Shown here: piece after piece, positions 55,434 to 64,000 of the stretch | How the letters are laid out: the number at the start of each line of letters is the position of its first letter | Position numbering within the stretch: the first letter of the stretch is position 1 | Assembly: GCF_006345805.1 (NCBI RefSeq) | Contig: NC_043008.1 | Coordinates: 3,224,001 to 3,288,000, forward strand | Direction of reading: 5' to 3' | From: Octopus sinensis | Taxonomy: Eukaryota | Length of the DNA: 64,000 bases | Notes under the pieces: model-generated | What the model was told of the DNA's origin: nothing | The model's input: only the letters and a program-made list of their open reading frames with translations | Databases searched by the model: none | Made by a program: the position numbers and the translations under genes

Positions 55434-57196
55434 GAGTAAAAAAGCAGTGCATGCCGTCAAAGTGACATTGGTATACAAATATACGAAGCCCTATATACCC
55501 ATTATGACTACCCGTTTGATAAGGGTACACCGGGCAAATGCATCACAATCGTATGTGCGCTACATGGTGATCTCACATCAAGATAAACAGCACATAAACT
55601 TGCAGGTGGGGCCCAACTCAATAAATAAAAAAATACTTTAATTCTTCTTTCTTTCTCCCTCTCTCCCTTTCTCCCTCTCCCTTTCTTTCTCTCTCTTTTT
55701 CTCTCTCTCTTTCTCATTCTTTCTCATTTGGATGCCTTGCAACTTGGTCTTGGAGGCTATTCACAGCATCTTTTTCGGCAAGTGTAATAAAATATTGGTT
55801 GAAAGGCTAAAATAGCTGTGCTCCAGGAATCGTCCATTATAGAAGGAATATACTGTGGGGCACGGAATGTGATAATATAAGATAAGATTTAGAGACTATA
55901 TTTGGCATTGTTAGCCACCTTGGTGACATTTCAATATTGGAAATATCAAACCAAAAAGGAGGATTTTCTGAGATACAGAGACCGCACCTCTTAACTCTCA
56001 CCCAGCTGTTTTAAAACTGGAATATCATACTAGATAACGTAGCCCCGAAAAGAACCTATTCAAATAAAGGTATGTGAGATGGTTACCATTAGAACACCTT
56101 CGAGGCTAAATATGTTCGATCAGATTTGACATGGAGTTACACAATAATACCAAACGTTGTGAATCTAGGACCTTTCTGTACGAAACCAGAAATAATGTTA
56201 GCGTTGCACAAAAGTTCTGATCTACACGAAACATATATAGTCTTTCAATCATCTACGGTAGAGCAACGCCCTTGATACATTTATTTTGTATTTTATGTTT
56301 TTTAAGGCCACCGAGTGAAATTTCAAACAGCTACCAACGTATCACGTCGTAATGTTAAATTTCGCGATAAATTAATTATAACACCGACGAACTAAGAATG
56401 CAGACACATGGATCAAATGCCACAAAGCATCTAATATGATACTGTAATAATTTAAACTAAAGCATTATTTTATCAACACTAAAAGGTTGACAGTCAATGT
56501 TGACATCAACTGAGTTTGACCCGAAAACACAGAGCGATGAGACAAATACCATGAAGATTTTCTCTTGTACTCGAACGACTAGGCGGGCTGAGGGCCAAGA
56601 AGAACAAAGGAAACGAAATATCCGAAATCTATAACTGCATCACCACGACAGCATTACTATCATTCGCTAAGAAGCTCGAGTGTTTTTTAATTACCTCCCT
56701 TGATATTTTGAGCAAAAAGAAAGCGACTTCTCCCTAGATATGGTTTGATAGAAAAAGAAAGAAAGAACTGTGGTCTATCGAATTGGCCGTTCCCTCTCCC
56801 ATTAATGTGTGCTGTTCTGCCGATGTTTTGAAATAATAGCCACATTTCAGAAACTGCTGTCTGTGTAAACACAGGTTGTAAAATATGTACTTTAAAGACA
56901 GGCAGCGATCTTTGGAAATTTAATTTACTTTTAAGCAAACTTCTCGAAAATTCAGGAGAGGAATTCCAGCTGTTATACAGTCCCCACTATGCCGAAGAAG
57001 AATTAATGAAAATTTTAACTCTCATAGGAGAATATTGATGTAAAGAAACACATAAATCAGACGCTATACATCGGTATCCATTTAGAATTATAACTCAAGA
57101 CATCTCATGTGTATGCTTATATATACACTCACTCACATACATATATATGTACATACATACATATACATATATGGTGTGTGTATTTATATCTGTGTG

Positions 57197-57243
<47 letters not shown>

Positions 57244-57445
57244 TATATATATATACATTTATATACATACATATATATGCCTATGTAGATATGTATGTAT
57301 ATTTATGTTTATGTATATATATATGAATACGTGTGTGTGCATGTATGTGCGTATGTATGCATATATGTATATATATATATGTATACATATATATACCTAT
57401 ATATATATATATTATATATATATATATGCATATATATATATATAC

Positions 57446-57515
<70 letters not shown>

Positions 57516-57839
57516 ATGTATATATTTGCCCACTACCGCTAGCTTTGGCACTGGTTTTACATTTCGGTGTTCCTGGTTTGCATGGGTTATGCAGATGTGC
57601 CAGGCCGCAATTGGCTCGGTGCCACATGCGAATCAGTGAATCAGTTCGCAACACATAACAGGTGTTGCTGCCAATAAAATGAATTATATACATATTTTCA
57701 TATGCATTTGAATAACATCAATATAAAAACTATAATAAAAACTATAATAAAAACTAATAACATCAGAACGGAATAACCATATAATAAAATCTATACAAGA
57801 ATGATTTTTTTTTTCTTTTCCTAATGGCATTTTAGTAAT

Positions 57840-57870
57840 ATCAGCATCATCATTATAATCATCACCCTCG

Positions 57871-57922
<52 letters not shown>

Positions 57923-58048
57923 CACCATCATCATTATCATCATCATCATCATCGACATCATCATCATCGTTGTCATCATAGTCGATGTTGTTGTCATCGA
58001 CATCATTGCCGTCCACATTATCATCATCATCATCATCATCACCATCGG

Positions 58049-58087
<39 letters not shown>

Positions 58088-58280
58088 GGACATCATCATC
58101 ATCATCGACATCATCATCATCATCCTCATCATCACCATCGACATCATCATCATCATCATCATCGACATCATCATCATCATCGACATCATCATCATCGTTG
58201 TCATCATAGTCGATTTTGTTGTCATCGACATCATTGCCGTCCACATCACCATCACCATCATCATCATCATCATCAGTAGC
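57840..58280. repeat. Degenerate (ATC)n tract with internal ~230-bp duplication
   Basis: cgttgtcatcatagtcgat.ttgttgtcatcgacatcattgccgtccacat occurs at ~57968 and ~58196. Confidence 0.9.
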
Positions 58281-58616
58281 ACTGATCAGCACTTCATATA
58301 TATATATATATCCATCAACCTTCTATACCACCGCAACCTCGTTCCATTATCCTCGCGATTTTCTCAATTTGACTCATTCCGTCCTCTTCCTCCTCCACCT
58401 TTTCCTCACTGTCATCATCATCATCATCACCATTTTCATTATTAATTCATTCATATATTCATTCATTTTCATCTCTATCGTCATTTTATTTCACCACCGA
58501 CTCTTCATCCCTTATATCATCACCATCATCATCGTCATCATCATTGTCATCATGACCAAAATCACCAGGACTAATATACGACCCAACCCACTCCTCTCCT
58601 CAGCATTACCATGATT

Positions 58617-58668
<52 letters not shown>

Positions 58669-59658
58669 CAATCATCATTATCATCTTCGCAACCAGAAAT
58701 AATCCTTAAACCATTCTTACCAGCATCACCATCTTTCGACACCAACGACGACCCCTAGCGCCACCAAGGACACCTCCAACACGATATCGCAGATGTCACC
58801 ACTTCTGCAACGACCGCATTAAACATTAAATTATCACCACCACAAAATACTACATCCAGTACTATCGCAAACACACTGTTCTGCTGGTATTATGTCCGTC
58901 TACATTGTCAACACCACCATTACCAAATCCGTCAACTTACTCTTCCACAACTGCCTTTTTGTTATCATCATCATCATCATCATTTTCATCGTTACCACCA
59001 CCAGCATTGCCGTTATCTTCACCATTGTTAATAGTGCATCAAAGATCATTCGCATATATGTGTACATGTGTGTGTATGACTGCCTTTTCTGTGGACATAC
59101 AATCCGGTTCAAGTAAATGATGTAAAATTCCTACTCAATAGCTTCAACAACAGTATACACTATGGTATGGAAGGTAGAGAATCGTACATTGAATTTTCAA
59201 TTGAAAGATATTCTTCTAAAATCTAAAACTTTTGGAATGACCCTTGTGTAACAAGTACAGCGTGGAAGCTAAGTATTACACGTTCAGAAATACGCAAAAA
59301 CTGTTAACGTCACTTAAACTTATATTTCGGAATTAAAGTCCTCGCACCACGTTTGACCTGGGCCCAGTTGTGATTACTCTGCATTTGCTTTCAAGCAAGT
59401 TTTTCGTTGACATCGATAAGTTAAGGGTTATAATTTTTATCTACATAGGTCAGCTGTCCTGATTGGGACCTCATAGTCGGTCATTTAATGCGGTATTTAG
59501 TTCCATGTCACGTCTAATCTCCCTTCTCACAGACTCTCTTTGGCATTGTGTGCAGTGAGTCAGAAGATTAATAACCTCTAAGAACTGAAGCTACGTGAGA
59601 AAGCAGACAATAGGAAACATCTTCAAACGTGACAGTAATGGGGATAGTAGTAGTAGTG

Positions 59659-59707
<49 letters not shown>

Positions 59708-60438
59708 TAGTAGTAGTAGTGGTAGTAGTAGTAGTGGTAGTAGTAGTAGTGGTAGTAGTAGTAGCAGCAGCAGCAGCAGCAGCAGTGTGTAGTAGTAGAA
59801 GTAGTAGTAGTGGTGGTGGTGGTGGTGTTGGTGGTGGAGGTAGTAGAAGTAGTAGTAGTAGTAGTAGTGGTGGTGGTGGTGGTGGAGGTAGTAGTAGTAG
59901 TAGTAGTTGCTGCGCAAATAGCAAAAATACTACCGCTGCTACCAATTACGCTTGCTGCTTCTGCTGATATTGTTACCACCACCAGCACCGCCAATACTAC
60001 TATTACTGCCACGTCAACTGCTGCTCGCTAATGCCTTTACTCTGGTAGTTTCACTTCTCTGAGGTCATTAATCTTCCGACTCACTGTATACCACAATGCC
60101 ATAGAGAAGGAAATTAAGTGGAGAGAGTACGTGACTTCCAGCCGATTCCCAGCTTCTCTGACCAACTCTGAGCACGCAACGAAAGCGACCGACCTACGTA
60201 GAAAGAAGCTAAAATGCATTGACATTCATTACCTTTCACACTTTTACATGTTCACGTGAATGGATTACGTCCATGCTGAGGCATCGCTTTGGAGAATTTT
60301 GGCCGAAGAAATCAACCCAAGACACGCATTTTCCCGGGATTTTTTTCTTCTTTTTCTTTTTGCCGAATACCTAATTTAAGGGGTAAACCGACAAACACCG
60401 GTTCTCAAACGGTCGGAGACAGAAACACAAGAACAAAG

Positions 60439-60469
<31 letters not shown>

Positions 60470-60700
60470 AGAGGTTTCTTTCAGTTTCCCTCTACGAAAA
60501 TCGCTCACACGGCAACGATAATTTTCCCTTTCAATGTTTCCTTAGGAATTTTTTATAGCATTTATGTGACTGCAGTTGTCTTAGTTCGACACGCGAACTC
60601 AGAGCATAACACTTGCCTGTGTGTGTGTATGTAGGTATGTATGTATGTATGTATGTATGTATGTATGTATGTATATTCATATAAATATATATTTATATAT

Positions 60701-60941
60701 TCTTTTATTCTTTTACTTGTTTCAGTCATTTGAATGCGGCCATGCTGGAGCACCACCTTTACTCGAATAAATCGACTCCAGGACTTATTCTTTGTACGCC
60801 TAGTACTTACTCTATCAGTCACTTTTGCCGAACCACTAAGTTACGAAGCCCGAAACACCCCAACATCGATTATCGAGCGATGGGGCAAACACATACACAC
60901 AAATATATACATACATACATACACACATATATATATATATA

Positions 60942-60973
<32 letters not shown>

Positions 60974-61059
60974 TTGTGTATGTGTGCGTGTGTGTGTGCG
61001 TATGTATATATATATACATATATGTATAGATATATGTATATATATATGTATATATATAT

Positions 61060-61102
<43 letters not shown>

Positions 61103-61132
61103 CTATATGTATATATATGTATGTATGTATAT

Positions 61133-61168
<36 letters not shown>

Positions 61169-61331
61169 AATCATAAAACGAGCTTCATTCAGTTTCCGTC
61201 TACCAAATCCACTCACAAGTCTTTGGTCGGCCCGAAGCTATAGTAGAAGAAACTTGCCCAAGGTGCCACACAGTGGATCTGAACCCGGAACCATGTGGTT
61301 GGGAAGCAAGCTTCTTAACACTCAGCCACTC
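60701..61331 (-). mobile_element. Bipartite SINE family A, complete, with expanded internal microsatellite
   Basis: 3' module 60701-60890, ~285-bp microsatellite, tRNA head ~61178-61331. Confidence 0.85.
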
Positions 61332-61365
61332 ATTGATATTATTATTGTTGTTATTGTTGTTATTT

Positions 61366-61885
61366 AAGACCTCGCACAATATCCAATATATTCAAGATAT
61401 TGTGTCTGCCGGAGGGGTTGGTACTGCCTGTCAAATTACAACAAGGACCTCAGACAGACAGTACTTTACGCAATATGCGTGCAGTTCCAAGCAATGCCCA
61501 TTGTTGCAATACACCTTGACTGTTGTATCCTAAAGTTTCTAAATGTTTCTTCAAGTTCGGTGGTATTGAACCCAAAGCTCCGATGAAAATAGCGGCAAAC
61601 TTTGCTTGACTCTCGTAGCTGCCAAATCTTGACGATCTCAATTCTCAGTCTTTTCTCTTTCTTTCTACTTAATATGTTGATCTCCTGGCACTGTCACATC
61701 GATTATTAAACACCCTTGTTTGTACCTTCAGATTACTGTATCTGGCCTTCGGTGCCCTAACACCTTGTCTGTCTGGAAGTGAAAGTCCCAGATGAGTTTC
61801 GGCTTCCCTTTTTCGTCCATTACCTTTTCCGTCGTACGTTGGTACCCTTTAACTCGTATCCATACTTGCGGTATAGTAAACAGTG
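61366..61885 (-). mobile_element. Third R4/Dong family RLE fragment, frameshifted
   Basis: KLIWDFHFQTDKVLGHRRPDTVI...IIDVTVPGDQHI...LRIEIVKIWQL...FIGALGSIP...ALLGTARILRKVLSV*. Confidence 0.88.
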
Positions 61886-62097
61886 AAGGTTTTGGGCTTC
61901 ATTGTCGTGTCTACGCTTCTACTCTTTCTGCGCAAGAATTTCATAAACACTAACAATATGAGCCACGCTTTCGACCCTCCTTCCACACATTCTGCAGAAG
62001 TTCGTTGCGCTTGTGGGTTATATTATTATTATTATCATCATCATCATCATCATCATCATTATTATTATTATTATTACTACTACTACTATTATTATTA

Positions 62098-62135
<38 letters not shown>

Positions 62136-62191
62136 ATAATAATTATTATTATTATTATTGTTGTTGTTGTTGCTGTTAATTACGATAGTGT

Positions 62192-62390
62192 AAGGTTATC
62201 CTGGCAGAACCGTTGCTACGCAGTGCAAAATGGCCCGGCCGCATTTCGTTGGCCTTTATGTTCGTACTTCAACTTCCTCTGCGACTGACTTTGTTTCCTT
62301 TCGAAGTCGATAAAAGAATTTCCAATCGAACGATGGCATTGAAGTCACCGACTTAAAGTTGCTGGCATTGTGCCAGAATTTGAAAACATT
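62192..62390 (+). mobile_element. SINE family B, highly diverged
   Basis: ctggcagaaccgtt...cctttcgaagtcgataaaa...ttgtgccagaatttgaaa. Confidence 0.55.
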
Positions 62391-62929
62391 ATGTAAAGCA
62401 GTGTCATTCGGCTCTAGGAGACATAAAGTTTCGCCGACTTCTAACAGAAACTCGTCTCTTTCGGACTTAGACTGACTGCCTTATTCTGTCGTTTCTAACT
62501 TGTCAAAGCATGCTCAATGTCTCTGTTCTAGAATTTCCGAGTTTAACACAAAAATTTGACGTTGGATCTTTGTTCCAACTTCCTGTCCATGACCAAATAA
62601 CAGAGTACAGCATACTCGTGATCACAAAAGCACAAACGTCACACATAGCAGAGTAAGCACAAACATGTCACTCGGCACAGGGCCTCATGAAGGTAATTGC
62701 CTGCTCTGCTCTCACTACACATGCAACCTTGTGCTGCAATCTGTTGGCGCGCTAAAAACTAGTCCGGGAACCTTTTTCATATCACTTTGTACCATATATG
62801 TATATATGTGTATATATGTGCGTGTGTGTGTGATCGTGTATGTGAGTCTTTGCATGCATGTATATGTGTGTATATGCATTTGGGTTTGTGTGGATTCGTG
62901 GGGGGTATGTGTGGATTCGTGTGTGTGTT

Positions 62930-62965
<36 letters not shown>

Positions 62966-63922
62966 GGTGTGAGTGAGTGTGTTAGCGCAATGTCTAAAAA
63001 TAGTAAATACTCAAAAATTCGTCCGCTATAAACAGGCACGGCTTGCCAACTTTAACTTGCATTATCTATCGCATCATGTGATCAGAGCAAACTATGTTAC
63101 GGTTAAAAAATAAACATCAAATGAAATATGAGATAAGAGACTCGTTGAAAGAACGAGATAAGAGACTCATTGTTCCCGTTATGAACAATCAGAGAGCTTT
63201 ATATTACAAACAAAATTATTTGGACTGTCTAGATTTCGTTTCCTAGTAAGTTCTTATTTGAATTATTGTTTATCCCCTTCAGAGAATTACCAACACCGAA
63301 TTATATTCGCAATAAAATTGTATACACCCAAACGTATGCATATCCATATTTGCCGAAATATTCGTACATGTTTATGAAAATACATTAGTCTAAATATGTA
63401 CACAAGAATAATCGGGAAAGCCTACACTCACTCACAATGAGACACATGTGCACACAAACTATTAACAATTGTTCTGCCCTCGGACAAGATACTGTATTTT
63501 ACTTGTGGTTTGTCAAAATGAAGCGGGACTGTAATTGCACTCCTACATTACGGAACAATAACTATTGTTAAAATGGAGATCCACCAGTAAAATGAACGGC
63601 TGCGGTGACAGAACAAACCTGCATTCATGAAAAAAAGATACGAAGCATGTTTGTCATGTTGGTTTACTATTCTTGACAGTCACACAGTCTCAGATTATTT
63701 ATGGTTTGAACTTATTTAATGCTTTCCTTCTTGTTAATTTTTAAACGTGTCATACTTTAACATTATATTAAATTATCAATTATCATAGACCGATGCACAG
63801 GCAGTCCTCATGTACACAATATGTGTTTGTATGTATGTATGTATGTATATCTGTGTATGTACGAAAATATGTATATTTATCTATATATTTATCCCTCTCT
63901 CTATCTCTCCCCCCTCTCTCAG

Positions 63923-63958
<36 letters not shown>

Positions 63959-64000
63959 ATATATATACACACATGCACACAAACACACAAACACGCGCGC

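Noticed and set aside
57684-58292. 202-aa Asp-rich ORF resembling acidic shell-matrix proteins
   Set aside because: It is a degenerate (GAT)n microsatellite with a local duplication; there is no signal peptide and overlapping frames are open too.

Overview
AT-rich, repeat-saturated eukaryotic non-coding DNA (intergenic or a very long intron). The tRNA-derived SINE families and the density of (TA)n, (CA)n, (TATG)n, (GATA)n, (ATT)n and (ATC)n tracts resemble an Octopus genome; this is from recall, not a database search. No intact host gene is recognisable, and almost all ORFs in the track are microsatellite translations. Supported features are decayed transposons: Tc1/mariner (DD34D and maT/DD37D-like), several MITEs, a Helitron, RTE LINE fragments, three R4/Dong RLE fragments, two Penelope GIY-YIG fragments, a CCHC gag-like ORF1-only element and three tRNA-SINE families. 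The most interesting signal is a set of short cassettes, mostly next to (TA)n tracts, that carry minimal hammerhead-ribozyme-like cores. One is a 121-bp near-perfect palindrome with an intact CTGATGA...GAAAC...GTC core on each strand.
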